DNA of 64,000 bases, from the NCBI GenBank assembly GCA_964016885.1, contig OZ024743.1, forward strand, positions 28,458,001 to 28,522,000, read 5' to 3'. This document shows, in pieces, positions 1 through 13,369 of this stretch; position 1 is the first letter of the stretch; each line of letters opens with the position of its first letter. The notes beneath the pieces are model-generated. The model worked only from the letters and a program-made list of their open reading frames with translations, made no database searches and had not been told where the DNA came from. A program made the position numbers and the translations under genes. This DNA comes from Eledone cirrhosa (taxonomy: Eukaryota).

Positions 1-1897
1 GGTGAGCCCGCGTGTTCAGATAGTAACCCCCCCCCCTCACACACACACACAAAATAGCTATATCAACAACAAGAGCATTATGAACATTCACTGCTAAGGG
101 AACATTCCCTGTTAAGGGAACATTCCTCGCGAGCCACATTAAAAGCTTCTCCACTTTGCTTAATGGGTTTTATCCCTCTTCCCATGGCTTTCATTTCCTC
201 CTCCATTAACCCCAGGCAAACCTTTCTTGATCTTTCTATTTACCTACCGCAACATTCATACCCACACAGTCACTTCCGCTGTTCTTTATTCTTTAAAACA
301 TGACCGAACCACCTCATTCCATTTTTCACCAGAACATTTATCAGTGACTCTGTTCCTAGCATGCTCTGTAACTCATTGTTCGCCTTCTTCTCTTTGAGCG
401 ATATATCACTGCTTCTTCAAGTCATTCGCATTTCCGTTCTTTCCAGCCTTCCTTAGTGTTTCATGTATATAAAATATGTTTCACTTCCCTGCTTCATGTC
501 ACATCTCACTCATGCTACATACACATTTGACTCTCCCCAAGTTAGCACGCCACTCCGTTTCCGGAACTCCTTTCAATGTTTCTGGAAGGACCTTTATACC
601 CAACAACTAAAGTAAACGCCTGTAACTGGAAATGAAATATACACACATATACAAACTATATTTATTTGGGGCTGGTTTTCAAGTTTACGTTTTAAATTTT
701 CAGAACTCTTAGCTATAACATTATTATCCAAATCTTCAACAGTATTGCAAATATGTTCACGTTGGTTTGATGCATGTCAGCAATGATACTTTCCTTGATA
801 AGGTACAGTATTTTCATTGGTTTGATTTCACAATTAGTAAGCGACAAATGTAGAAGGACAAGTTCAGTAAATTTATGTTTTATATCATTGCACGTTGACA
901 CCAATTCCACCATAAGTTATTAACATACACGAATATTAAGATTTTATAAAAATTCTATAATATTCATGATTTTAAATCAATAAAAATAGCCATACAGAAA
1001 AATGTGAGAAGATATGACACCCAACTGTACACTACTACAACACTAAAACAATTGGGACAGGCTGAAATATTAATGGCTCTACTGGGGCTGACAGAGAGGC
1101 TAAGGCAATGGAATAGCTTAGCAACCTCACGAGAATAACGTGATACTTCAGTAGAATGAACCATCAACAATGACAAAAACTATGTTATCATCGGTCTAGT
1201 TTCCCAGAACGTTCTGAATGTCACAGATTGAAAAAAGTAATTTATCAATAAATCATGGCATTTCAGTAATTCATTGTGTTCAGCTATGAATGCAACATTA
1301 CCACCTCCACCACAGAATCTAGGATGTGAGGAATGAATGTGTCGATGACAGTAGTGTCTACCTAATATATAACTAATTTTCTTATTATTAAGCTAGTGCT
1401 TAGAACACACCTAACAAAATTTCCTTTGTAAAATTAGGATGGAAGTGTTTTAGATAAATATAGATATATTAAAACTAAGAGTTTGGGACTGTAGAACCTG
1501 TGGCAGTTTCAGGTGGTTTGGTATCAAAGCTGTTAATAAATTTTCAAACTATACTTTATCTAGGTTGGATTTCACAGTTCAACAATTAAAATTTATATAT
1601 GCTACTGACAACTGTATATTTTATTAAATCTGATTTAGAAAGTAGACTTAAAAAACAGTCTGATGTATGGAAAATAATTTACATACGTTTTACCAGCCAT
1701 TTTGAGAGAAATGTTAGTATTGGTTTTGATTTGCTACGTCTATAAATATAATAGAGAGAGAAAGGGAGATAGTAAGGGAGATATGGAAGGAAATACAACA
1801 GAGACGGAAGAGAGTGAGGCGGTTCATCGTTTCAAATAATGGAAATGAGTATAGTAATTATGTACGTAGACAAACGCAAGCATATAACTCACACATC

Positions 1898-1969
<72 letters not shown>

Positions 1970-2052
1970 TTTCTGAATTTGTTTATCTGAAAACGTGTGT
2001 TATTGGCAACATAACCCTCCCAAAGTAGTATAACAATATATATATATATATA

Positions 2053-2806
2053 CAGTGGCGGAATGGGTCTAAAAATATTGGTTGCCAGGCGATGAAGGGG
2101 ATCCACCTACATATAGAATGCTATCATTTAATTTTCATAACGAAAAAATAACATTTTCGAAAAATAAATAAGTGGAAACAATACAGCGCAATCAAATTTT
2201 TGCGGAAATATATCTTACCTACTCCGATAAAAAATATTATGTATTTTGCGAAATTCAGAGACTTTCAATAATGACCAGAAGTCGGCCATAGGAAAGCCGT
2301 GAACGACACCACATCTTTTTAACTTTGATTTTGAAAGTAGGTTTATACTTATCAATTTTCATTGCACTTTTTTAGCTGTCTCGGTGATCTAGTTGGAGGA
2401 ATCATAGACGGTGGTGATCTTGGTCTGAAGTTCGATCCTGGTCGGGAGTAGGGTTCCCGGCAAACCTTTTCAGTTTTATCTATTGGTTGTAAATTAAAAA
2501 CTGAAAAAAAAAACATGTCTCTCTTGACCAGGATTGAACCCAACGGCAGGATCTCAACCATCTCTAGTACCTACAACTAGGCCACAGAGACAACTACAAA
2601 ATCTTGTGAAATTCATACTTATAAACCTACTTTCAAAATTTTGAAAACAAAGTGTTGTGGTGTCGTTCATGTCTTTCTTAATGTTATTGCTCCTACTTAA
2701 GTTCGACTTCTACATCATTTGGATGTTCCATAAACTACATCCTCGTTTTGTTTCACATCTATCTAGACTAGATTTTCATTTGTGTTGCACCTCATTCCCC
2801 CTCCTC

Positions 2807-2873
<67 letters not shown>

Positions 2874-2990
2874 TTTCCTCTCACTCTCTCTTCCTCTCTG
2901 TGATATTTGAATCTACTATGATTTGGGCTTATCTTATTCCTATATATATATTTTTGCATGTCAGTTAGATTCAAACTTACAGTCATTGGA

Positions 2991-2995
<5 letters not shown>
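2053..2995 (+). mobile_element. Non-coding dispersed repeat starting CAGTGGCGGA (probable non-autonomous DNA transposon) with an internal inverted pair of tRNA-like cassettes
   Basis: 5' ~220 bp recur at 3069-3290 and inverted at 34975-35188; the body recurs inverted at ~33775-34400; flanked by (TA)n. Confidence 0.6.
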
Positions 2996-3068
<73 letters not shown>

Positions 3069-3071
<3 letters not shown>

Positions 3072-3290
3072 TGGCGGACAGGATCTAAAAATATTGGTTG
3101 CCAGATGAAGGAAGCCCACCTACATATAGAATGCTATCATTTAATTTTTATAATGAATAAATAACATTTTCAAAAAATGCATAAGTGGAAACAAAATAGT
3201 GCAATCAAATGTTTGTGGAAAAATATCTAACATTCTCCAATAAAAAATATGTATTTTGCGAAATCCGGAGACTTTCAATAATGCCCTGTC
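3069..3290 (+). mobile_element. Truncated second copy of the CAGTGGCGGA repeat
   Basis: Aligns by eye to 2053-2270 (ctaaaaatattggttgccag...cacctacatatagaatgctatcatttaatttt). Confidence 0.7.
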
Positions 3291-3306
3291 GTCTTTCACA
3301 CTCACT

Positions 3307-3347
<41 letters not shown>

Positions 3348-3349
3348 TA

Positions 3350-3427
<78 letters not shown>

Positions 3428-3483
3428 TAAACATATATATATATATTGGTAAACATCAGCAGACAACCCCTCTACCCCAACCA

Positions 3484-5809
3484 TTTTTTAGACACAGCAC
3501 ACAGATACAGGCAAACAAAATAACACAAGACAGGGAGGAGAAACCGATAGTAATAAAAATTATCAATCTTACTAGTGCAGAACCAACACCCAACCTTATC
3601 AACTTACTCTCCAAAGGTCTTAAATTCACACCGACGCCACTACGTCCTAACTACTATGAAATGAAGGAAGACATCACAGACTTCTGTAGAAAGTTACAAC
3701 TTAGTGAACAACTATTCGACCAGTACAATGAGGATGAATCATTAGCCAGAAATAGAAGCAATTACACCCCTTCAAAAGGTAGAAATAAAATCCTGGACGA
3801 ATTCTGTGAACACATCACAAACTTCCCTTACCAACACTTGCACAGACAAAAACACAAGCCAAACCTCAACAAGAAAGAATGGGAAGAATTAAATAGATTA
3901 AAAACCGACAGAACCATTACAATTAAAGAGGCTGATAAAGGGAGTACAGTAGTCCTAATGGAGACAGAATTCTATATCAACTTAGCGCTCTCCACTTTGG
4001 AAAACGAAACATACTACGAAAAGGCTGAACACTACAATCAACAGAAAATTATGAGAAACCTAAAAACTCTAATCAACCAATACAAAGAAGGACTCACTAA
4101 CAAGGAATTCAGCTTCATCACAGACTTCACAAGTAAATCCAGCCTTTTCTACGGTATCCCTAAAGTACATAAAAGCGAATCAATCAGTAAGGCATGCAAG
4201 GAAGCCACAGACATAGTCATCAATGTCCCCTCACCCAATGATCTCAAATTAAGACCTATAATAGCAGGCCCCGCTTGCGAAACGCACCGTCTTAGCAACT
4301 TCATTGATACCCTTCTCAAACCCTTCCTCAAGCACATCAAAAGCTATATAAGGGACGACCTAGATATGCTCAATCACCTCCCTAATATGCCGCTTTTTGA
4401 ACAAACCCTACTAGTGACGTTCGATGTAGTCAACCTATACTCCAACATCCCCCCACAACCTAGGAATAGAAGCTATCCAATTCTGGCTGGATAATTTCCA
4501 CAATGAACTCCCACAACGCATCAAAAAAGAATTCGTGATAGAGGGACTCAAATTTATCTTGGAGAACAATTACTTCGTTTTCAATAACAAACCCTACAGG
4601 CAGAAATCTGGGACCGCTATGGGAACGAAAACAGCCCCTACTTATGCCAACCTAGTCATGGGATACCTGGAAATCACCCTCTACACTAAAGTCCTAAACA
4701 AATTTGGAAACACCCTCCACTTACACATTGAAAGGAACTGGAAGCGATATCTAGATGACTGCTTCATCCTTTGGCACGAAAACATCGAAAAACTTAAAGA
4801 ATTTCACACCCTTATAAATGGGCTCAACACAAGTATTAACTTCACGATGGAATACAGCCATCAACAACTCCCCTTCCTCGACATCCTCATTAAGATCCAT
4901 AACAAAAAAATAGAAACAGACATATACTACAAGCCCACAGACTCCAAGCAATATCTCCCCTTCAACTCTTGCCACCCTAGACACGTTAAAATTAATATTC
5001 CCTACAACTTAGCCAAGAGAATCTGTACTATAGTCTCCAATAAAAACATCTACTACTTACGGCTACAAGAACTAAAGGACACACTCATAGGCAGGGACTA
5101 CCCTGCATCACTAATTGACAATGGAATCCAACGTGCCCTAAAACTCAGTACCCAGGACCTTAGACACCCTAAAGTAAATCAACCAAAACTAAAAGCTCTT
5201 CCATAAATCTCCACACACAACCCCCTCAACAATGAGGCCTTTGACACCATCCTCCAGAACATCCCTGTATTGAAAAAGGACCATAGAATGAACCAAATTC
5301 TACGAACACACGATATCATAAAGAGCAAAAGACAATCCAAGTCAATGAAAAACATCTTAACACATGCCAAAGTACTGCCAACCACAACAACGAAACCCAC
5401 AGTAAAAAAATGCGATAGACCCAACTGTGGCATTTGCATCAACCTAATAGAGGGTTCGGAATTCTATTTCAAAGATGGACAACGTTTTATAGTAAAACAC
5501 AATTTCACATGTGCATCGGAAAATCTAATATATGTATTAACTTGTTCAGGTTGTCGAGAACAATACATAGGCCAGACCAAAAGCAGCCTCCGCCAACGCA
5601 TGACTGTCCATAGATCCCAAATTAAAATACAGGAATACAGGAAAATACTACTGAGTGAACACATTGATACCTGTGCCGCCCAAAATCATCCCAACTTCAG
5701 AATCTTTCCTCTCTACAAATTTAAAGATAATGCCACCCACATCCAGCGCATCAGCAAGGAATCTTACTTCATTAACAAATACGGACCCCGTCTAAACACT
5801 TCTCCCTAA
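3484..5809 (+). pseudogene. PLE reverse transcriptase / GIY-YIG endonuclease polyprotein with one frameshift (~4450) and one premature stop (5204-5206)
   Basis: [69 protein letters not shown]-x4-C-x2-C linker, NLIYVLTC...YIGQT...R...H. Confidence 0.92.
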
Positions 5810-6123
5810 GACGAACCCACAACATACACACGTCAACATACATACCTACATCAGCACACATCTCTACCCACATATAAACACAATGACACACGTAAACACA
5901 CATGCTCTATGGTGCAATACAAAAAAAATATATGTGCATATATATGTATGTATATATGTATATATATATATATGTAGTGAATATATGTATGTGTATATAT
6001 ATATAGTGAATATCATTTCACACCTTTTATTGTTAAGATTTTTGATGTTCTATTAAGAGAACCGATTTTACTGAAAAAATCGAATAATGTACACCATTTT
6101 ACCAGGGGGAAAAAAATACTGGT

Positions 6124-6162
<39 letters not shown>

Positions 6163-6320
6163 CACAAACACATACACACGCGTACATCAACATACAAAGA
6201 GACTTATACACACACACACACACGCACTTCTCCGTATAAGACAAAAGCTGAAAAATATCTTTTGACATGCTAAAATACTTGCTTTCAGACACATTCTTAC
6301 TGACCATCGAATTACTCTGC

Positions 6321-6361
<41 letters not shown>

Positions 6362-6432
6362 ATCTTAATAGCCATTTGACACACATCGCTGCTGGCCATT
6401 GTCGCAACATCGAACACCTTACTACTACTACT

Positions 6433-6545
<113 letters not shown>

Positions 6546-6573
6546 TATTTGTTGTGAAAGAGTCATTTCTCAA

Positions 6574-6800
6574 TCTTGGCGCAAAACCAATTTTTTATCC
6601 ACATGACCTCTACCGACCAATCAAAATTGTTTTGACCAAGAATTTTTGCTGGAGCCACTTTTTTAACATAAAAACAGTCTTGGCGCAAAATCAACTTTTT
6701 ACATTCACATGACCTCTACCGACCAATCAAAATTGTTTTGACCACAAGCATTTTTGCAACACAAAATAACGCTGGAGCCACTTTTTTAACATAAAAACAG
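6574..6800 (+). repeat. Two-copy tandem duplication (~105-123 bp) in the PLE 3' UTR
   Basis: tcttggcgcaaaa...acatgacctctaccgaccaatcaaaattgttttgacc...ttttaacataaaaacag at 6574-6677 and 6678-6800. Confidence 0.85.
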
Positions 6801-6861
6801 GTAGAATTCCCAAAACTAATCAGATCAGAGCAAACAGCACGGACACTCTATCTCAAAATTA

Positions 6862-6899
6862 TTTTTGAAAAGTATTTAGAAATGCGCAACCGGTAAAAA
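6862..6899 (+). ncRNA. Minimal type-I hammerhead-like motif, variant core (UUGAAAA / GCAA)
   Basis: ttt-TTGAAAA-gtatt(taga)aatgc-GCAA-ccgg-TA-aaa; same position and layout as the family-2 motif. Confidence 0.6.
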
Positions 6900-7059
6900 C
6901 TTAAAAACTTAAAACCACAACTGAATACTAACCCATACAATCACTAATACTCTTTTATTCCTAATTAAACCATTTTTCAACTGTGAACAATTTGTCAGCA
7001 TTTTCTATTCCGTTTACCAATATATAATAACTTGTGAGTTACACCTCTATTCTTTTAAC

Positions 7060-7186
<127 letters not shown>

Positions 7187-7209
7187 GCGTGTGTGTCCGT
7201 CCACCACTT

Positions 7210-7385
7210 CTGGCAGTATGGCATAGCACGTTTGCCGATTCCGGACGAGTCACTTGTTATATTCCCACGAAGAGATTCTATTAATATTATTGCGAAGTTA
7301 ACTTTGCCTTTCATCCATACGGGGTCGATAAAATAAAGTACCAGTAATGTACTGAGTAATTGCTGGCTTTGTGCCAAAAGTAGAA
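7210..7385 (+). mobile_element. tRNA-derived SINE (family A), degenerate
   Basis: Conserved core aactttgcctttcatcc..cggggtcgataaaataaagtaccagt, shared with 21405-21485, 23950-24118 and 31500-31675. Confidence 0.75.
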
Positions 7386-7462
7386 ACAATTATTATTAGG
7401 TAACGCTTTTTGTTCCGTGTATGAATGTAAATAAATATGAATGTGCATATATATATATATAA

Positions 7463-7559
<97 letters not shown>

Positions 7560-7824
7560 AGTATTTGTGTGTGTGTGAGTGTGTGTATTTCTACTTTTTC
7601 TTACGCACGCCGATCGTCCTTCTATACATCATTATAACCCCCGATGAAGGCATATTACCCGAAATGTTCAAATTCTTCCCTGCCGCATCAAGCATTAAAC
7701 TAATATATATCAGCATTGTACTGTATTGTTACTCTGTGTTTCTTACCTGTTGTCTTTTCACGCGTGCACACATACACACATATATATATATATATGTAGG
7801 AATATATATATATATGTATGAATA

Positions 7825-7915
<91 letters not shown>

Positions 7916-8060
7916 GTGTGTATAATGGTAGCTATGGTGCTTCAATAGGTGGTGCCAAAATTTGCTCCGAAAGAATTGCATGTGTCCGAACGAACCTGCA
8001 ATAAACACGCAATAAACTGAGTCCAGATGCATCACTCATATTTCGTTTTTTTATACTATA

Positions 8061-8100
<40 letters not shown>

Positions 8101-8104
<4 letters not shown>

Positions 8105-10437
8105 CAACTGCCCCACTGAACTCATCTCCGCCTTTATTGACCCCCCCCTCGTCACCACTCTCCCCTCCTACATCTCCGACACCACCACGCCCTTCGCTTG
8201 TTCGACTCCTTCACTTTCCCACCCGGCCCAAACCCCTACTCTTCACCCTAGATATCAAGTCGCTTTATACTGTCATCCCCCACACCGACGGCCTACGTGC
8301 TCTCGGGCACAACCTCGACCTTCGCCCCTCCCCCTCCCCTCCACCCCACCCCCCTCCGCCTCACCGAGCTGGTCCTCTCCCTTAACTGCTTTTCCATCTC
8401 GGGTGAATTTTACCAACAGGTCGCGGGGGTAGCCATGGGCACAAGGATGGGCCCAAACTATGCCAACATTTTCGTTGGCCATGTTGAGGCCCAAATCTTT
8501 GCCCAGTACACCGGCCCCACGCCCGAACTGTACGGTGGTTACATCGACGACTGTCTCTGTCCGGCACGCCTTCCGCTGCACCTCCTCCAACCTAGTCTAT
8601 GGACTTCGCTGCCTGGAGTGCAGCGCAACCTACGAAGGACAGACTGGACGTCGCCTGTCGACCGTTTCACTGAACACCTCCGGGATATTCGTCTCGGCGG
8701 GAGTTCCCCCATCGCCCTCAACTTTGGCTCCCCTGGCTTGGACATTCCGCCTACAACCTCACAGTCTGTGGCCTACTCCAATGCCACGGACCACCCGCCT
8801 CACGGTCGAACAACGCACCATCTTCACCTTACAGACCCACACTCCCCCCGGCCTGAACTCCCCAGCCCTATTCCTTTAGCCCCACCCCCACCACACACAC
8901 ACACACATATCCCCCACTAACAGAACTAACACACTCCTTCTTTTCACCGCCCACCCCACAACTAACAATACTAACACCCCACCCCACCCCCGGCCACCCT
9001 CCCTAACTAACTATACTAACACCCCCACCCCTCCCCCTATCACGTACACACCCACCTGTCCATATATACACGCACTCACACTACCCACACACCCTACTAC
9101 CACCACTAACCCTCACCCACACATCCACTCCAACCACCCCACAACTAATACCAATAACATCCCCCCGACCCCATACACACAAACACACTACCCCCCCCCC
9201 CCCACACACACACCTACATACACCACCCACTCTACACACCCAACCACCACTAACCCCCACTAACACACCCGCATTCAACCCTTTCCCCACCACCGGTATA
9301 CTAACACCCACTAACACTCCCTTTACCACACACACTCATCCAAACACACACACACACACCAGTACACTAAACTCCCTCCACCGTGCCCCACACCTTTTCT
9401 CTCCCCCTCCCTCTCCCCGCTCCACCCACACCCTTCACACACACATCCCACCAACACTTCTACTAATACACACCCATCCCCCCACATGACCCCCTCCCCA
9501 CTCCACCTTTCACTCCTACCCATCCTCTCCCCTGTCCACCGTACCTCCGCACACACAAACACACAGTCCTCACCACACACTGACTTTCTCCACCTGTCAT
9601 TCTCCTCTACTGCTATGCCTTCACCCTGCCTTGACCCTCTGACCACTTCCTGTTGAGCGCGCACCCCACATCTCCCCATTTCCGACCACCACAACCAACG
9701 GATTACACACCACCGGTCATCGTTCCAGCTATCCACTCCATAACATGAAAAATATCCGACTTCCCTACGCACACTCCACGACACTACCTTAGGAACTTAC
9801 CCACGGACATACACTCACAATTTTTTTCGAACCACGCCACCTACATCCACACTACGTATAAACACCAACACACACGTGCGTACCCCCACATATACACACT
9901 CAACCTCCGAAATCCCCCCCTCCCCCCTCTCACCCTTCCCCATCCACAGGCACGCACACACCGACCTACACCCCACCCCACCCATACACCTTTTTCGGAA
10001 CATGGAACCTCGATCTTTCCCCAACTCTCACATTCACATACACACACACACACACATACACCTACACACATACACAAACACCACCTTCGGCCCTCCCCGC
10101 TCGGACCCCCGCCTCCCTCTCCCTACTCCACCCGCCACCACCCCTACACTCCCCACACCCTTCCACCACTTGTTTATCTTTATGTTTATTTTTATTTTTA
10201 TTTGTACCCCTTCCACCGGTTTTCCTCCCTTTTCTCCCCCCCCCCCCGCTTTGTTTTCTAAATATCTCTCCACCATTCCCCCACACACCCTCGGAACTCT
10301 CTTCCCACCCACTTCTCTCCTGAAGAAGGGCCTATGCCCGAAACGCCCCCCCCCCTCCCCACACTCTCAAGAGCGTGAAACTAATAAACCTTTGTTTGTA
10401 CTGCCTCTCTGTTTCTGTTCCCGTTCCAGTTTTCACT
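8101..10437 (+). mobile_element. Degraded C-rich PLE (Poseidon/Neptune-like) with internal deletion
   Basis: DIKSLYTVIPH, YQQVAGVAMGTRMGPNYANIFVG, YIDDC joined directly to GIY-YIG FRCTSSNLVY..C..C...YEGQTGR; eroded hammerhead CTGAAGA-aggg..ccc-GAAA-cg at 10320-10345. Confidence 0.85.
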
Positions 10438-10464
10438 ATATATATATATATAACAAATTTTTAA

Positions 10465-10971
10465 ATGGCTTTAAAAATTAGGCTGTTTGCATAATTGAAA
10501 GTGAATCGAATATTATTATTAATATTCGAAAAACTCAGATTACATTTATTGTATTTATTCAATCATGTACAGCTATAATTTTGTATTTAATATGGCAAAG
10601 CCGGCTCATATACAGGAAACTGACTGGCCTGTCTGCTGACATGCAAATCTGGCTGATCAGTGGATCAGCAAATATGCAGATCTGACTGACCAGCCAGTCT
10701 GCTAATATGCAAAGCAGGCCGACCAGTCACTGTATATTTTAGTAAATATCATATATTTTCACTAGCTCTGACAGCTCGCAGGGGAACTGTGAACTGCACT
10801 GATGAAGGGTGATCCCTAGAAACATTAGTGTCTGCAGTTCTGTTTACATGCCAACACATGAGCAGAATGAGGGGCACATTCTACTGACTGACGTGGCTTT
10901 AAAAATGAAGTTGTTTGCATAATTGCAAACGAATCGAATATTATTATTGATTTTCGAAAAACTCAGATTAC

Positions 10972-10978
<7 letters not shown>
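10465..10978 (+). mobile_element. Small non-coding element (~430-bp unit plus ~85-bp terminal direct repeat) carrying a hammerhead; retrozyme-like
   Basis: tggctttaaaaat...tgtttgcataattg...gaatcgaatattattatt...tcgaaaaactcagattacatttatt at ~10465-10550 and ~10895-10978; TA runs on both sides. Confidence 0.7.
10791..10840 (+). ncRNA. Type-I hammerhead ribozyme
   Basis: gaactgca-CTGATGA-aggg(tgat)ccct-a-GAAA-cattagtg-TC-tgcagttc: 8-bp stem I, GUC cleavage triplet. Confidence 0.85.
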
Positions 10979-11018
<40 letters not shown>

Positions 11019-12234
11019 CAGATATGAAAGTGTGTGTAACTATTAATCTTTTGTCAATATTTATCTCAATTTATTTGTCGGTGTAAAGAATCCTAATATT
11101 AAATGCACACTTTGTTTAAAATTTAGTAAACGTTATGAGATTTTCAACAAAGAATCAAAAAGGCGTCGTGACATAGAAAACCGAATTCAATTATACTTAA
11201 TTATGTGATTTATAAAAGTCTATAAACATCTAAGAGGAGCATACTGGTTAGAATAAAAGTATGATCTTAACTACAGAAATTCAACCGATGTATTCTGACA
11301 GCTGAATTACACAATTTGCGAGTTATTGACAAGGTGACGTAGATTCGTTTCCAAGCAGATATTTATATTTGGGGTCACTTTCCATCTAGTAACTTAATTG
11401 AAAATAAATATAATTATATGATCTATTATTTCGGAAATATCCAACAATATAATTCAAATAAATAGGCAACTTTCTACAGAAATAAAACGCATACACTTAT
11501 ACGTTTCAAACTGGAATACAGTTTTCAGAGGTTTATTCATGACATTAGCAGACTCTCCAAAAGTGGGTAGATTGATAAAATTGATGTACATCTTTAACGT
11601 CTGCAATTTGATTAAATATTATAAAAAGTAGTGAATGTGGAGCCTGTTCAGTGAGATATGTTTGATGAAGGATGAGATTGTATCCTACCCTGGAGCCATA
11701 TTCCGTGTGGAACACAAATTGTTCTCCCAAATTTGGCCCAACATAGATTTTATGGCCTAGTTCTTTCCAGAAATTTCAAATCTCAAGTTAATTCAAGTTG
11801 AAACCATTCTGCCACATTAGCGCGAATTACAACATGAAATTTCTGTTGAGGCAACAAACAATAAGTCCGGTGGCTTCAGATAAGAACAGCAATAAAAAAT
11901 AAAACAAAGATCCCAATAGCAGTCCGAAGATAGATAAATGAATATACAGATAGTCAACCAGATGAACAGACAGACAGAGAGAGAGAGAGAAAGAGAGAGA
12001 AGCATGCATGCATACATGATGATGACTGCCCCCTCGTTATCGAGTATGGCCATTGCACGATATACCATTATTAATAATAATTAATTAATTCTATCGTGCA
12101 ATGCCTGTGCGTGAAGATATTTTTTAAAGTGACGAAAGAATGTGCACTGAGCCAATCACACTCTCTGAGCGACAGTAGCTATAACTCGAAAAGAAGAAAA
12201 GATCAATATCATCATGTATGCATACATACATACA

Positions 12235-13340
12235 TGGTGGCTGCCAACTCGTTTTCGAGTACGGCCACTACATTATATCCATGTAGGAGAACCCCTACCG
12301 ATGCGCTGAACGAGTAGACTTTTTAGTCCAGCCAGCGACTTGAAAACTCTGGTACAAACACTACACTTGAGACAGTTATTGACACATAGTGCTGGGCCTA
12401 TGGTACCATGTGACGACAAGTGCAGAGAGATCTCCAGATATAAAGCAATGCCTGTGCCGTGAAGCTTTTATAGTGAGGAAAGGCACTGCACAAAGCCAGT
12501 CCCACTCTCTTAACCAAGATGATATTTACCAAAAAGAAGACAAGTCAACATCATTGGATACCATCAGGGTTGCAGGTGTTATATCAGAGTTTTCCTTCTC
12601 CTAGAATTCTGCCTTGACAAAGGTTAAGGGGTCATCTCTCCCGGTGATTTTGGATGGCCATTGACTCTTAAGAGCTCATTTGCCCTTTGTATGTATGTAT
12701 GTATACATACATACATACATGGTGGCTGCCAACTCGTTTTCGAGTACGGCCACTACTTTATATCCATGTAAGAGAAGTGCTGGGCCCATGGTACCATGTG
12801 ACGACAAGTCATTATTAATAATTATTAATTAATTCTATCGTGCAATGCCTGTGCGTGAAGATTTTTTTTAAAGTGAGGAAACACTGTGCACTGAACCAAT
12901 CCCACTCTCTCAGCGACAGTAGCTATAACCCGAAAAGAAGTAAAGATCAATATCATCGGTAACTACTGAGCCGCAGGTTTTATATCGGAGTTATTCCAGT
13001 TTCCTGAGTTGCCTTCTCCCAGAAGAATGCCGTGACAAAGGCTAGCCCGACTATTTCTATGTCCGCGCATATACATACACCCATGCATATACATATACAT
13101 ACATATACATACATATGTACATGTGTATATACACATTTAAACATTTTTGGATGGCCGTTGACTTTTATGAGTTTTTCCGCCCTTTGTCAGGTTTTGTTTT
13201 TTGTCTTGCAGGGTGTTCAAAATCACCCTCCTCACCAAGTAAACTTGATGGGGTTGCTGGTTTAGTCGCCAACGACCCGATCATGCGACAGGTTGTACTG
13301 AGTTACATGTTACCAGTAGCACTCAAGAGTGACCCGACAT
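12235..13340 (-). mobile_element. Fragments of the non-autonomous RTE-derived repeat and relatives
   Basis: Reverse complement of the 48694-49297 family at 12235-12690; partial duplicate at 12720-12810; diverged 5' head at 13145-13340. Confidence 0.8.
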
Positions 13341-13369
13341 AACATACATACATGCATACATACACACAT

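Noticed and set aside
1-640. Possible very old PLE relic (TFLDLSI-like codons near 218-240)
   Set aside because: Too eroded to support by eye.
3256-3483. N-terminus of the 412-aa ORF
   Set aside because: Read-through of flank and TA array; not part of the PLE protein.
5204-5206. In-frame stop as possible recoding (e.g. selenocysteine)
   Set aside because: It is TAA at a position that is Tyr in family 2; a simple nonsense mutation.
7641-7670. CCGATGA-agg..ccc-GAAA hammerhead-like core
   Set aside because: Stem I does not pair; at best a decayed copy.
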